A DNA stretch of 64,000 nucleotides from an uncultured Verrucomicrobiae bacterium (GTDB taxonomy: Bacteria; Verrucomicrobiota; Verrucomicrobiia; Limisphaerales; Palsa-1400), in contig CAVPOM010000016.1 in NCBI GenBank assembly GCA_963707025.1, forward strand, positions 32,001 to 96,000, read 5' to 3'. Below are positions 19,129 through 31,307 of this stretch, one piece after another. The notes beneath the pieces are model-generated. The model had not been told where the DNA came from. It ran no database searches and was given only the letters and a program-made list of their open reading frames with translations. A program made the translations under genes and the position numbers. The stretch's first letter is position 1. The number at the start of each line of letters is the position of its first letter.

Positions 19129-19298
19129 GGCACTATCTTAAGACAGCAAAGCGTTGCTGTCAACGGCGTTGCCGGGAAACAATCACAGCAGACATCACCG
19201 AATTCTGCTCCGCGCTTCGGTTTGAAAAACTCCCGGCCTCGTTTGAGGCGGGAGACTGCAGGGTTCTCGCAGCACAAAATCCGCAATCCGCAATCCCC

Positions 19299-20069
19299 CT
19301 ACATTCCCATGATCTGGTAGCCGCAGTCCGCGTAGAGGACCTGGCCGGTGATGGCGGCGGCGCCGTCGCTGGCCAGGAAAAGGCCGGTGGCGCCCAGCTC
19401 CTCGGGGAGAACATTGCGCTGCAAAGGCGCGTGGGCTTCGTAGTGTTTGAGCATGTCGGAAAAGCCCGCGATGCCGCGGGCGGCCAAAGTATTGACAGGA
19501 CCGGCGCTGATGCAGTTGACTCTGATTTTTTTCGGGCCGAGATCGTAGGCCAGGTAGCGCGCGCTCGATTCCAGGGCGGCCTTGGCCACGCCCATGACGT
19601 TGTAGTGCGGCACCACTTTTTCGGAACCGTAATAGCTCATGGCGAGCAGGCTCCCGCCCTCGGTCATGAGCGGGGCGGCGCCCCGGGCCAGCGCGACCAG
19701 CGAATAGGCGCTGACATCCAGGGCGGTGCGGAAGGCCTCGCGGGTGGTGTTGAGGAATTCGCCTTCCAGCGCCTCGCGGGGGGCGAAGGCGACGGAGTGC
19801 AGGAGCAGGTGAAGTTTGCCGAATTTTTGGGCGGCCTGGGAAAAAACGGCGGCGATTTCATCGTCCTTGGTGACATCGCAGGGCAGAATCAAAGCGTCGG
19901 GGCCGAAGGCGCCGGCCAGCTCCTCGACGTTGGCTTTGAGACGTTCGCCCTGGTAGGTGAAGGCCAGGGTGGCGCCCGCCTCGTGCCAGGCCTGGGCGAT
20001 GGCCCAGGCGATGGATCGTTTGTTGGCCACCCCGAACACCAACCCGATTTTTCCTGCCAGTAATAACAT
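19299..20069 (-). CDS. fabI: Enoyl-ACP reductase
   Basis: GVANKRSIAW.IA, HSVAFA, SAYSL, YNVMGVAKAALE, VNCISAGP. Confidence 0.95.
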   Translation of the reverse strand: MLLLAGKIGLVFGVANKRSIAWAIAQAWHEAGATLAFTYQGERLKANVEELAGAFGPDALILPCDVTKDDEIAAVFSQAAQKFGKLHLLLHSVAFAPREALEGEFLNTTREAFRTALDVSAYSLVALARGAAPLMTEGGSLLAMSYYGSEKVVPHYNVMGVAKAALESSARYLAYDLGPKKIRVNCISAGPVNTLAARGIAGFSDMLKHYEAHAPLQRNVLPEELGATGLFLASDGAAAITGQVLYADCGYQIMGM

Positions 20070-20104
20070 ACGTCGTGAAATTGAGTCGCCCCTGCGCCGA
20101 CTTG

Positions 20105-21334
20105 TCAAGCTTCCCTCCTTCGGTAGCGCAGCCAGAACAGCCCGCCCAAGCCGCCGATCAACAGCAGACACACCGCAAGCGTGCCGCTGGAGGGATGGGC
20201 GGGAAAGAGCAGCAAAGCCGCGGCGGCAATGGCCGGACCGGCGCAGTTGCCGGCGCCGATGGCCGATTCATGGATGCCGCCATGCTCGCCTTTGGTTTCC
20301 CCCACGTCCATGGAATAAAAGAGGGAGGAATAATATATCAATCCCAAGGCCAATCCCAAAACCGCCTGGGAAACCACCAGCACCCAGAGGCCCGTCGCCA
20401 GCAACATGGCGCCGAAACAAAGGATCATCACGGCGTAAGCGGCCGCGAGAAAGCGGAACCGGTAGTGCCAATCCGGCCACAGCCAGAGCAGGGCAAACGC
20501 ACCCGCGCGGGAAAAAAGCCAGATGGAGCAAACCACCCCGGCCAGCGTCTCACTCAGATCGAGCTGGCGGGCCAGGGTGGGAATGGTGGCAATAATAGTA
20601 TTGATGGCCAGGTAAGCGCACGGATTGGCCAGCCACGCCATTTTTAGAAAGGTGCGGGCCGGGACGGGCGAGCGGCGCGCTTCGGCCGGGGGCGCGGCCA
20701 GGGGGCCGGGGTCCTCCCCCGCCGCGGCCGGCTGCCGGTTGACCAAGTGCTCCAGCCAAAATGAAAAAATCATCTCCAGGCAAAGCAAGCCGGCCGGGAC
20801 GAAAAACATGCTCCGGCGGCCCCAGGCCTTTTGCATCGCTCCGCCGGTAAAATAAGCAAACGCGCTCGTCACCGCCCAGGTGAAATTGTAAATGCCGACC
20901 AGGCTGCGCAAACGGGCGCGCGTTTCTCCCTCGCTCATCAGCCCTTGCAGCGGCGGCCAGGTAAAGCACATGCCGATGGTGGCCACGACAATCAAGGCCA
21001 GGGCCGGCCCCGCCGCCGTCATCCGGCTGCCGGCGAGAAAGGCGGCGCACATGATGCCCAGGCCCAGCCGAAAAGAGGCGAAGTAGCCGGCCCTCTGGGC
21101 AAAGCGCCCCGCGTAAAAGGCAAAAATGGCATAGACCAATCCGAGCAACGCCGCCAGTTCGAAATTCTGCAATTGCCCGAACCCGAATTGATCCTGCGTG
21201 TAAAAATAAATGTAATAAAAAAAATAAGTCGTGCCCAGCGAGTTGCAACCGGCCAGTATGAAAACGCCGGTCTTCAAGCGGGGCGAGGCGACGCCGCGAT
21301 GGGCCGGGCGCGGGGCATGGGCGGCCGCGCTCAT
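20105..21334 (-). CDS. MFS transporter
   Basis: About 12 hydrophobic segments in two halves. Confidence 0.8.
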   Translation of the reverse strand: MSAAAHAPRPAHRGVASPRLKTGVFILAGCNSLGTTYFFYYIYFYTQDQFGFGQLQNFELAALLGLVYAIFAFYAGRFAQRAGYFASFRLGLGIMCAAFLAGSRMTAAGPALALIVVATIGMCFTWPPLQGLMSEGETRARLRSLVGIYNFTWAVTSAFAYFTGGAMQKAWGRRSMFFVPAGLLCLEMIFSFWLEHLVNRQPAAAGEDPGPLAAPPAEARRSPVPARTFLKMAWLANPCAYLAINTIIATIPTLARQLDLSETLAGVVCSIWLFSRAGAFALLWLWPDWHYRFRFLAAAYAVMILCFGAMLLATGLWVLVVSQAVLGLALGLIYYSSLFYSMDVGETKGEHGGIHESAIGAGNCAGPAIAAAALLLFPAHPSSGTLAVCLLLIGGLGGLFWLRYRRREA

Positions 21335-21527
21335 CCGTGCGACGGAAGGGCCGCGGCGGAAGTTTCCGCGATGGCCTGGCGGCCATCCCAGGGCACCGCG
21401 CCGGACAGGGGCGGCTGCAGCTTTTCCGTCGCGTTCATTATTCCCCGCAGTTTAGCCGTTTTCGGCCGGCCTTGGCAATAGCGGGGAAACAAGACCATTT
21501 CATTTCGGCGGCGCTCACAGAGCGCCG

Positions 21528-22038
21528 CTACATGTCGTAGAGGCCCGCGTCGTGCGAGTAGCCGCCGCCGGCTCCGCCGGCGCTGTCTTCTTCGCCGCCC
21601 ATCAAACCGCCCAGCACGTCGCCCATGTCCTCCTCGATTTTTTCCGGGTCTTCGCCCGCTTCCAGGCGCTTGATGGCGACATCAAATTCCTTGGGCACGC
21701 TGCCGGCGGGCATGAGGTCCTTCATTTTCTTCATCATCCGCGCCATGTGGCGCGGATTGTTTTCGTCCAGATGTTCCATGTCCCGTTCCATTTCGGCCAT
21801 GGCCCTCATCATGCGCGGATCATCCGTGTCGGGCATGGGCGGGCCGGCGGGGCCGGCGTCGCTGTCGGCGGCGGCCGGCTCCTTCAGGCCGCGCGTGAGG
21901 GCGAAGCCGCTGATCTGCCGGGTCAATTTGCGATGGCCGCACTTGGGGCAGGCCAGGCACGCGGCGGGGCGCGACCTTCTTGGAAAGAAAGTTGAAAATC
22001 TTCCGGCACCTGGGACAGGCAAATTCGTAAATGGGCAT
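21528..22038 (-). pseudogene. FmdB-family zinc-ribbon protein with a one-base frameshift near 21953
   Basis: MPIYEFACPRC... continues as ACPKCG...TRQISGFA in another frame; removing one G from GTG CCT G GCC TGC restores the ORF. May be a sequencing error. Confidence 0.75.
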
Positions 22039-22047
22039 AAGATGATT

Positions 22048-22263
22048 TTATGTGGCGTGGCGCAGTTTCTCCAATTCGGCGCCCAACGGCAACCAGTAAC
22101 GCCGGTCCCGTTGCCGTGCGGCGGATTTTTGGATGGCCAGGTCCGTCTCGCGGCTAAACTCGGCCGCGCCGCACAACACGCAGGCCTGTCCGCCCATGAG
22201 CTGGGCGCGGACGCGGCGCGGGCGCATAGAAGAAAGGACTTTGCGTATCGGGTTCGGGATCAA
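22048..22263 (-). pseudogene. Internally deleted nucleotidyltransferase-like gene
   Basis: N-terminal LMGGQAC..CGAAEFSRETD (G-G/DxD-type NTase start) runs directly into a C-terminal-like DRRYWLPL.AELE.LR; only 71 aa. Confidence 0.55.
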
Positions 22264-22384
22264 GTGAGCCTCCCAGCGCGAGATGGGTTTGCCAGAGTTT
22301 GTCGCTTGCCAGCCAGCGTTGCACCGCGGTGAGCCGATACCAGTCGGCCCGCTCGCCTCCCACTAATTTTTCCGGCTGAATCAT
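22154..22384 (-). CDS. Small hypothetical protein overlapping the NTase-like gene
   Basis: WYRLT..QRW..S.KLW...LALGGSLDPEPDTQSPF. Confidence 0.55.
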   Translation of the reverse strand: MIQPEKLVGGERADWYRLTAVQRWLASDKLWQTHLALGGSLDPEPDTQSPFFYAPAPRPRPAHGRTGLRVVRRGRV

Positions 22385-22402
22385 GCCAAATGGATAACAG
22401 GT

Positions 22403-22597
22403 TTAAGCCTTGCGGCGCTTGGGTGGCGGATTGACGAGCGGATGGCCGGAGAGTTTCTCGCGCTTGCGCGTCTCGGCAAAAAGGCGATGCACATCGTGGC
22501 CGTAGGAGGCCGAGAGGGTGTCCTTGATGCGCCAGATTTCCTGCAACACCAAATCGGTGCTCTGGTTGGGCTTCAGTTCTTTGGTCGCGTTACTCAT
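22403..22597 (-). CDS. Putative antitoxin downstream of the PIN toxin
   Basis: D.VLQEIWRIKD.LSA.YGHDV..L; overlaps the PIN gene stop. Confidence 0.65.
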   Translation of the reverse strand: MSNATKELKPNQSTDLVLQEIWRIKDTLSASYGHDVHRLFAETRKREKLSGHPLVNPPPKRRKA

Positions 22598-23066
22598 ACA
22601 GTTCTCCAGTCAGTTCATCCAACGTGCAAAGCACGGGAAGCGTGAAACTCGATTTCTCCGCCAAGGCCCGCATGCGCGCTTGAATGGCCGCGTTGGCAAT
22701 GTGACGGCAATTCCAACTCAAAAGTATATCCATCTGGTGAACCGTGGCGAGCGCGATGTGCGCCGCATCGCGGTCGGCGTCCGGCGGCAGCAGGCCCGAA
22801 TCGAGGATGTGCTGGGTCAGCGTCTCCACTTCGTCAGTCGAGCGCAGCAGCGCGATGCCGGCCATCAGCGCAAGGCGTTGCCGCGCCATCGCCGCCTCGC
22901 CGCTGGCAATCTCATCGAGAACCACCTGCGACGTGAACAACTCATGCTTTGCACGCTTCAAATCCCACCAATCTTTGGTGACTTGCTGGCGGGCAGCTTG
23001 CAGCAGGTCACGGGCCGGACGCGCCACCACGTAGCTCGGTATCGTGCTCTCGATGTAGATGCGCAT
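22590..23066 (-). CDS. PIN-domain (VapC-like) toxin
   Basis: IYIESTIPSY, SQVVLDEI, DAAHIALA, LLSWNCRHIANA. Confidence 0.85.
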   Translation of the reverse strand: MRIYIESTIPSYVVARPARDLLQAARQQVTKDWWDLKRAKHELFTSQVVLDEIASGEAAMARQRLALMAGIALLRSTDEVETLTQHILDSGLLPPDADRDAAHIALATVHQMDILLSWNCRHIANAAIQARMRALAEKSSFTLPVLCTLDELTGELYE

Positions 23067-23141
23067 GTTGCTCAGTTCCATTTGTTCGTTTGCGCTCCCG
23101 GCGGGCGGCCGAACACGGCAGGCGAGCCGCCCGCGCTGCCT

Positions 23142-25086
<1,945 letters not shown>

Positions 25087-25124
25087 GGCCACAATACCCG
25101 CCCCCGGCCCGGGCGTCAACCCCA

Positions 25125-25649
25125 TCAGTTCTTCTGCCCGATCTCCAGGCGCTTGAGGTCCTCGGCCAGAAATTGCGCGACGTCCTTGAACTTTTGCGCG
25201 TTGGCCGGATTCACCTCCATCAACGTCTGGTGCGCTTTCAAACAAGTCCGGGCCAGTTCCACCGCGCTGGCCGGGTCCCCTTTGGAGAGCGGCTCAAATT
25301 TGTCCGACAAGGGGCCGGCGGAGCCGCCGATTTTGAAGAGATGGGCCACGCCCAGATTCTCCAGCGTTTCGCAAATGCGCGGGTTGGCGTTGATCAACTC
25401 CAGCGGCTGCGCTTCGCCCGCGGCGTTGGTTAATTGCAGGCTGATGCCGGCCAAAACGCCCAAAAACGTGCTGTCCATCATCCGGCACCCGCACAGATCA
25501 ATCAGGAAATGCGAGTAGCCGCGCTCCCACAATTCCGCGATCAGTCTTTTCAGATCCACCGTGCAGGTGAAATCGGCCCGCCCGCTGACCTGGAGGCACA
25601 CCGTCCGGTCAAAGACCGCCACCATCAGTTTTGCCGGCGTATTTTCCAT
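25125..25649 (-). CDS. STAS-domain anti-sigma factor antagonist
   Basis: IDL..C..MDSTFLGVL, L.NLGV..LF, AHQTL. Confidence 0.85.
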   Translation of the reverse strand: MENTPAKLMVAVFDRTVCLQVSGRADFTCTVDLKRLIAELWERGYSHFLIDLCGCRMMDSTFLGVLAGISLQLTNAAGEAQPLELINANPRICETLENLGVAHLFKIGGSAGPLSDKFEPLSKGDPASAVELARTCLKAHQTLMEVNPANAQKFKDVAQFLAEDLKRLEIGQKN

Positions 25650-25689
25650 GAGAACGACACTTTAAAAATCGGGCGCGCGGCCCGGGCTG

Positions 25690-26850
25690 TCAAGCCGCCG
25701 CCCGGACGGGGGCGGCCCGGCTGGCGGCGGGACGGCTGACAATTTGGATGAGGGTTTGCTGCAAGAGCAGGGACGCATCCAGATTGCGCGAGATGAATTT
25801 CTGGTTGCATTCCAGCAGCAGGTCCATGGCCTGGATCAATTCGGCCTGGGTGTAGTGGCGCGCCTGCCCCAGCGCGCGGAACAAGACATACGGGTTGATC
25901 GCCAACGGGTTGAATTTCCGGTCCTCCGGCAGGGCGTCCGCCGGCACGCGGGCCAACTGGCCTTTGAACCGGTTGAATTCCTTTTCCGGCTTCAACCACC
26001 CTTGCGCCATCATCTCCCTGACCAGCAGGAGCGCGCGCACCTTGCTGATCAATCCATAAAGCAGGCCGATTTCGTTGCGCTTGGGGTCCCGCTGGATTTC
26101 CCATAATTCCTCGTCCAGACAGTGCAGGACGGCGGCCAGATTGCGTTCGCCCAGGGCGTCGCCCAAGGCAAAGGCGCGCGCCTGTTTGTTGCGGGTCACG
26201 ACGGCGGCGACGTCCCCGGCCTCGATCCGGGTCCGCGCGCCGGCATATAAAACCAGCTTCTCCACCTCGCTGGCCAGCAGGCGGGCCTGCGGGCCGGTGA
26301 ACGCCACCAGTTGCTCCAGCGCTTCCTCGGAGATGTCTTGTTGGGCCTCGCCCAAGGCCCGCCGGACCAGGGCGGCGGCTTCCTCGTGCCATTCGCTTTC
26401 CTTTTCCGACCAGCCGGCAAAAGCTTCCACCGCGCCGATTTTCTCCAGGGCTTTGTAAAAGGATTTTCGTTTGTCCACCTTGCCGGCGCTGACCAGCAGG
26501 CGCACATTGTCCCAGCGGAACGATTTCAGTTCCTGGGCCAGTTCCCCCAGGGCCTCCGTCACGGCGGCGGCCAGGGCCGTCCGTTCCTCGCCCAGAAAAT
26601 TGCAGTTTTGCAGCCAGACCACTTTGGCGCTGCCGAAAAAAGGCAGCGTTTGCAGTGCCTCGCGCAAACGGGCCAGGGCCTGGAGGGCCTCGCCGCTATT
26701 GTTGACCGACGCGTCAATCATCTCGTGATCCTGCCCGCCCAGCTCCCGGCTCCACTTCTGGAACACCTGGCGGGCGCGCTGCTTGACTCCAAATTCATCC
26801 TCGCCGCAGACCAGGAGGACGGAGGATTCAGCCATGACGGAAGGGGGCAT
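25690..26850 (-). CDS. holA: DNA polymerase III delta subunit
   Basis: LLVCGEDEF, TLPFFG..KVV, DKRK, EVEKL.LY, F.L.DA. Confidence 0.85.
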   Translation of the reverse strand: MPPSVMAESSVLLVCGEDEFGVKQRARQVFQKWSRELGGQDHEMIDASVNNSGEALQALARLREALQTLPFFGSAKVVWLQNCNFLGEERTALAAAVTEALGELAQELKSFRWDNVRLLVSAGKVDKRKSFYKALEKIGAVEAFAGWSEKESEWHEEAAALVRRALGEAQQDISEEALEQLVAFTGPQARLLASEVEKLVLYAGARTRIEAGDVAAVVTRNKQARAFALGDALGERNLAAVLHCLDEELWEIQRDPKRNEIGLLYGLISKVRALLLVREMMAQGWLKPEKEFNRFKGQLARVPADALPEDRKFNPLAINPYVLFRALGQARHYTQAELIQAMDLLLECNQKFISRNLDASLLLQQTLIQIVSRPAASRAAPVRAAA

Positions 26851-26864
26851 GAAAGTGGCCGGGT

Positions 26865-27326
26865 TTACTCCGGTTCCCCGGATTCGCCCCGGCTTTCGTT
26901 GATCTGGTCCAGATACACCGTCATGTCTTCGACCTGCTCAAACAGGGAGGCCGCCACGTAGATCTTGCTCTTCTGCGAGGTGGCCAGCGCCAGGCAATCG
27001 CTGGGCCGCGCGTCAATCTCCACGATTTTGCGGCCCAGCTCGTTTTCCTGGTGGAGGATAAGCCGGGCGTAATAGGTCGAGTTTCTCAGTTCGGTGATGA
27101 CCACCCGCTCGATGGTGACGCTGAACCCCTTGAAAATATGGTTGATCAGATCGTGGGTCAGGGGGCGTTCATTGGGGATGTCGCGCAAGAACATGCTGAT
27201 GGCGTTGCCGATGTTGCGCTCGACCTGGATGACAAAAACCTTCTGCTGATTGCCGACGAAAATGGCCCACCCGCTGTTGGCCGGCACCATCCCGCGGATT
27301 TCCACGGGCAATACTTCACTCTTCAT
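26865..27326 (-). CDS. Bifunctional nuclease family (DUF151)
   Basis: RPLTHDL, YYARL, IDARPSD..ALA. Confidence 0.9.
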   Translation of the reverse strand: MKSEVLPVEIRGMVPANSGWAIFVGNQQKVFVIQVERNIGNAISMFLRDIPNERPLTHDLINHIFKGFSVTIERVVITELRNSTYYARLILHQENELGRKIVEIDARPSDCLALATSQKSKIYVAASLFEQVEDMTVYLDQINESRGESGEPE

Positions 27327-27914
27327 GCTCCAAGATTAAGCCGCGCCGGGAAAAAAAACAAGTCAGCGATGCACAAATTGCGGCTTGGGGCAAGGCTGCC
27401 TCATCAAGGGAAATCTCCCCCCTCTTCTCCCTCTCCTTGGAGGCGATGGCCGGGGTGAGGACGAGCTTTATCATCTCCGCGCAGCGCTAATTCCTCCAAC
27501 TTCCCCCTCTCCCCTGTCCTCCGTCCTGTCCTCCGTAAGCCCTGTGGAGGAGGAAAGCCCTATGAAGGAGGAAGGCCAGGCGAAGGCGGATGGAGGAGAC
27601 GGCCAATGCGTCGCCGGAAGCCGTTTCCACTCCTCCCACCCGGGAGGGCGCTCAGTCCCCTGAGCGCCGCGCCCACCTTCGCCAGTCCAACCCGCTCCCA
27701 TTCCCCTGCGGCAGGGCGAGACTCCGTCGAGCCGTGACCTTCCCGGCCCGTGCTTCCATTCCGCCCCGCTCAACCCTCTCAAATCGTCGAAGACCGGCTG
27801 CCCCGCGCCCCGATCATGGCCAGCAGCAAGGAATTTGAACCATCCCGATGGAATCGGGAGATGGCACGGATAAGAAAATGCAGAATGCAAAATGCAAAAT
27901 GCAGAATTCCGAAC

Positions 27915-28005
27915 CCGTATAATCCGTGAAATCCGTGGTAAAACCTCCAAAAAAATGAGCGGCTCCGACGGATTCCAGTTAAAAGCCCCATCAGCCGGCA
28001 CACCG
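27915..28005. repeat. ~90-bp repeat; direct copy at about 30740-30825
   Basis: ATCCG.GAAATCCG.GGTAAAACC...AAAAATGAGCGGCTC.GACGGATTCCAGTT.AAAG.CCCATCAGCCGGCAC.CCG in both copies. Confidence 0.85.
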
Positions 28006-28272
28006 CGCCTCATGGCCTTAGAAAAAGCTTCCGCCATCGCGACGCCCCCAATATCAGTCCGGCCTTTGCCGCTCCGGGCAAGCCGCTGGCCTTAAGCCTG
28101 CTCGCTCAGTTTTCTGTTGGCTGCCCCGGCCACAGGCTGGGTCTGTGCAGGGTACACGGTACAGGTTCTGAACCTTAAGCCAGGTTAGGAATCCTGCGCT
28201 ACGAAAGGCCAATTCCACCGAAAACAGCGAAGAACCGGAATTCGGCTTTTAACGTGTTTATTTGCAACACCT

Positions 28273-28367
28273 TATAGCATTTCCAGTTCGTAACTGCACT
28301 TTGGCCAAGGCGATTGGCGGCGGTCGCAGACCGACGCCACAGTGCAAAAGCAAACCGGAAAGGGTAT
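28273..28367. mobile_element. Second copy of the IS630-type MITE with an internal REP
   Basis: TATAGCATTTCCAGTTCGTAACTGCAC...GGCGGCGGTCGCAGACCG...AAACCGGAAAGGGTAT, close to the reverse complement of 13127-13223. Confidence 0.6.
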
Positions 28368-28382
28368 CAGCCCCAATGCCCT

Positions 28383-30371
28383 TCACTCGAAGCGCAGCAC
28401 GGTGAAGGAATGGGGCGGAAACAGGCGCGTGGTCTGGCCGAGCTTGATGCCGTGCCGCCACTGGCTTTGCTTGGGCGCGATTTGATCGGAATTGGCCGCC
28501 GTGTTCACCGCGTCAACTGTGCCGGATAATTCCATTGCCTGGGCGACGGATTTGTCCGGAACAAATCCCGCCAGATGAATCTGGGCCATGACCTCCTGGT
28601 TCAGCACGTTGACGACCTGCAGCACCAGCGTCTTGCCGTCGGCACTGCGGGTGGCGACCGCATCAAGCCCGCCTGCCGCGCCAGCCACGTCGCACTTGAC
28701 CAATTGGGGCAGGTAATTATGCGAAAGCATTTGGGTGACGTAACCGGGCGGCTGGAGCCAGACCTGGGACGGGTTGAGGAAGAGCAGCCCCTGGTTCCAA
28801 CCGTTGTCGTTCTGGCCGTCGGGCTGGAGACCGTTGGCGGAGGTGGCGATGGGAATGCGTCCGTCGCGCTCGAGGGCGAGGATGGCCTGGGCGTTGGCCA
28901 GCGCGCGTTTCTGGGCGTGGTTGCCGGCGTTGAACTCGAAGACCACGACCTTGTGCCTGGCGCCATCGGCAATCCTGGCCAGCGCATCGGCAAAGGAGAA
29001 CATGCCCGCCAGCGAGGTATTGGTGGCTGCGGGCTGTTCGGTGTTCACATGGACATCGAACCAAACCTCGCCGTTGCTGGCCTTGGCAAGCTGAAGAATC
29101 CGCTGATGGGCGGCCAGGGTGGCAATCCTGGAAGCCGCGCCAGAAAAATGGAACGGATCTTCAATGGGTTTGTCATAAGCAAAATCCCCAACCACCGGTA
29201 TGATGTCCTTGTCCTTCGCCCAAATAGCCTTGGCCAGCGGCTCAAACTTGTCGGCATATTTTTCGTCCACGCGTTCCTCATTGCCCAATTCGATGTAGCG
29301 GAGGCGATAGGGCTGCGGATGTCCGTCCGCCACCCGGCGGCGGCCCCAGGGGGAATCGGCCGGGCCTTTGGCGTATTCGATGAAGTCGGCCATGTCCTGG
29401 GGCGTCTCACCCATGTTGAAGGCGGGAATATATTCAAAGCCGGCCGCCTCGCAAAAATCCATGAAGTCCGGGATGCCCCATCCATCGGTGGAGTAGCGAT
29501 ACCAAGTGCCTGAGTAGGGAGGACGGCGGTCGCGCGGGCCGATCATGTTCTTCCACTTGTAACCGGTTTTGTTGACCATGGATCCCCCGTAGCGCAGGAC
29601 CGTGATGCCTTGTCCGATCAACCCTTCGGCGACATCCCGGCGCACGGGCAGGCCCTGAAAGCGGCCCCACTGGCCCGGCTGGAGGAAGGCGTGACCGAGC
29701 GTGACCGAGCCGGGCTGCTCCAGCGACAGGGTGAAGCGGCCGGCGGGGGTGGAAGCGTCCGGCGCCAGGGTGAAATCAACGCGCTGCCACTCGTTGCTCG
29801 CCACGACAAGCTGTGTCCGCGCATAGACCTGCGAACCATCCCGGCTTTCCAGGGCCGCCGCCAACTCTGTCCTTTTTTCGGCGCGCGCCCACACATAGCC
29901 TTCGTAGGGCTGGCCGGCGACAAAATTCATGCCCCAGTGATTAAGCCCCTGGTTCTCGACGCCCCATTGCCCAATGCCGGAATCGAAATGCACCTGCTGC
30001 GATTGCCGGCCTGCAAAAGGCCGCTCGGAAACCAAGGCAAAACGGCCCGCCGCCGTGCCGCGCTGCGCCGCCCGCCACATGCCGCTGAGCTGGGCTTCCG
30101 GGGCGGAGGCCGGCGGGGCCGGCTCCTGGAAGCTCTCCCCAAAGATCATCTGGCTGTAAAGCCCGCCATAGATCTCGTGATTCACATCCTCTATGCACGC
30201 GCCGGTCAGGAGACGCGACACAGGTCCGAGGGCGTCATCGGCCTTTACGTAGATGGCGCCATCCCCGGCGAAAGCCGAAAGGGCCGTTCCCATCCACATC
30301 GGAGCCAGACGCAGGAAAAAACAAACACCTTCCCTGCTGCGTTTGGAGAATGAGACTTTGTCAGGCTTCAT
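28383..30371 (-). CDS. GH51 alpha-L-arabinofuranosidase
   Basis: EDVNHEIYGGLYSQMI..ESF, LRYGG, ELGNEE acid/base motif, VVFEFN nucleophile region, C-terminal FPPHSFTVLRF. Confidence 0.85.
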   Translation of the reverse strand: MKPDKVSFSKRSREGVCFFLRLAPMWMGTALSAFAGDGAIYVKADDALGPVSRLLTGACIEDVNHEIYGGLYSQMIFGESFQEPAPPASAPEAQLSGMWRAAQRGTAAGRFALVSERPFAGRQSQQVHFDSGIGQWGVENQGLNHWGMNFVAGQPYEGYVWARAEKRTELAAALESRDGSQVYARTQLVVASNEWQRVDFTLAPDASTPAGRFTLSLEQPGSVTLGHAFLQPGQWGRFQGLPVRRDVAEGLIGQGITVLRYGGSMVNKTGYKWKNMIGPRDRRPPYSGTWYRYSTDGWGIPDFMDFCEAAGFEYIPAFNMGETPQDMADFIEYAKGPADSPWGRRRVADGHPQPYRLRYIELGNEERVDEKYADKFEPLAKAIWAKDKDIIPVVGDFAYDKPIEDPFHFSGAASRIATLAAHQRILQLAKASNGEVWFDVHVNTEQPAATNTSLAGMFSFADALARIADGARHKVVVFEFNAGNHAQKRALANAQAILALERDGRIPIATSANGLQPDGQNDNGWNQGLLFLNPSQVWLQPPGYVTQMLSHNYLPQLVKCDVAGAAGGLDAVATRSADGKTLVLQVVNVLNQEVMAQIHLAGFVPDKSVAQAMELSGTVDAVNTAANSDQIAPKQSQWRHGIKLGQTTRLFPPHSFTVLRFE

Positions 30372-30457
30372 GGATGTACTTAACGGGCTGAGGGTAAGGC
30401 CTGCCACCGCCAATTGGCAATCACTCTTGCGGAAGCGTGCAAGTGCGCGGGTGTCAT

Positions 30458-30727
30458 CAAAGGGGTTACCCATAGCTTTGTCCAATAAAATGCGTAATGA
30501 CATGTAAATCATTGGGTTATGGATGGGTCTATACAGGGCCACTATACCCTCTCACCATGACGCCCGTGCGATGCCAGCGCCCTGAGAAACCACGCCCCAA
30601 CGACCTTCCGCCGCACTTCCTGCCATGCAGCCTTTAGCCTTTAGCCTTTAGCCTTTAGCCTTTCCTCCGCCGCCCCTCCCCTCCGTGTCCTTCGTTTCCT
30701 ACTGTTCAAAACCCTTGGTTCCTCCTG
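30458..30727. repeat. Dispersed non-coding repeat, copy 1 of 3
   Basis: CAAAGGGG...CCATAGCTTTGTCCAATAAAATGCGTAA...TACCCTCTCACCATGACGCCCGTG...(AGCCTTT)x5. Confidence 0.9.
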
Positions 30728-30825
30728 TGCTTATCCGCGCCATCCGCGAAATCCGCGGTAAAACCTTTGCAAAAATGAGCGGCTCTGACGGATTCCAGTT
30801 GAAAGACCCATCAGCCGGCACGCCG

Positions 30826-30875
30826 TGTTAGCGCCGGTTTGAAAATGAGGCGAAAATGCCGGTTTGAAAATGCGG
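30826..30875. mobile_element. IS21-like terminus (orphan end)
   Basis: Starts TGTTAGC followed by tandem GCCGGTTTGAAAATG repeats; no istAB nearby. Confidence 0.5.
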
Positions 30876-31307
30876 ATGGGTGATCGGTCTTAGGAGCGCT
30901 GCTGGGTGTCCCGGCCGAAATGCCGGATCAGTGGATCAGTTCCGTTTTCCCGAGGCGTCCCCGCCTGTAAATCGGCGCCAGCAATCCTCGTTCCCACTGC
31001 CAGGCATCTTGCTGGAGACCAAGTTGGGGTCATGTACTAATAAATTGTTGCTCAGAGGTGAAAAGTGAAAAATAAATCCAAAGGCGGCACGAGTCCTGAA
31101 TCCAAGCCAGAAAACGAACATTCCATCCAGAACCTGCGCCGACGTTACAGAGCGATGGTCATTCGCAGTCTGATTCTGCGAGGTCCAAAACTCTCTTTAT
31201 CCGGTCCGTTATTGCCCTCCGCTCGCCCTCGGAAAACAGATGTTCAAACGGCGCAAGCGGAAATAAATACACTCCGTCCCCTCTCCCGACGAGAGTTGAA
31301 AATTTAC

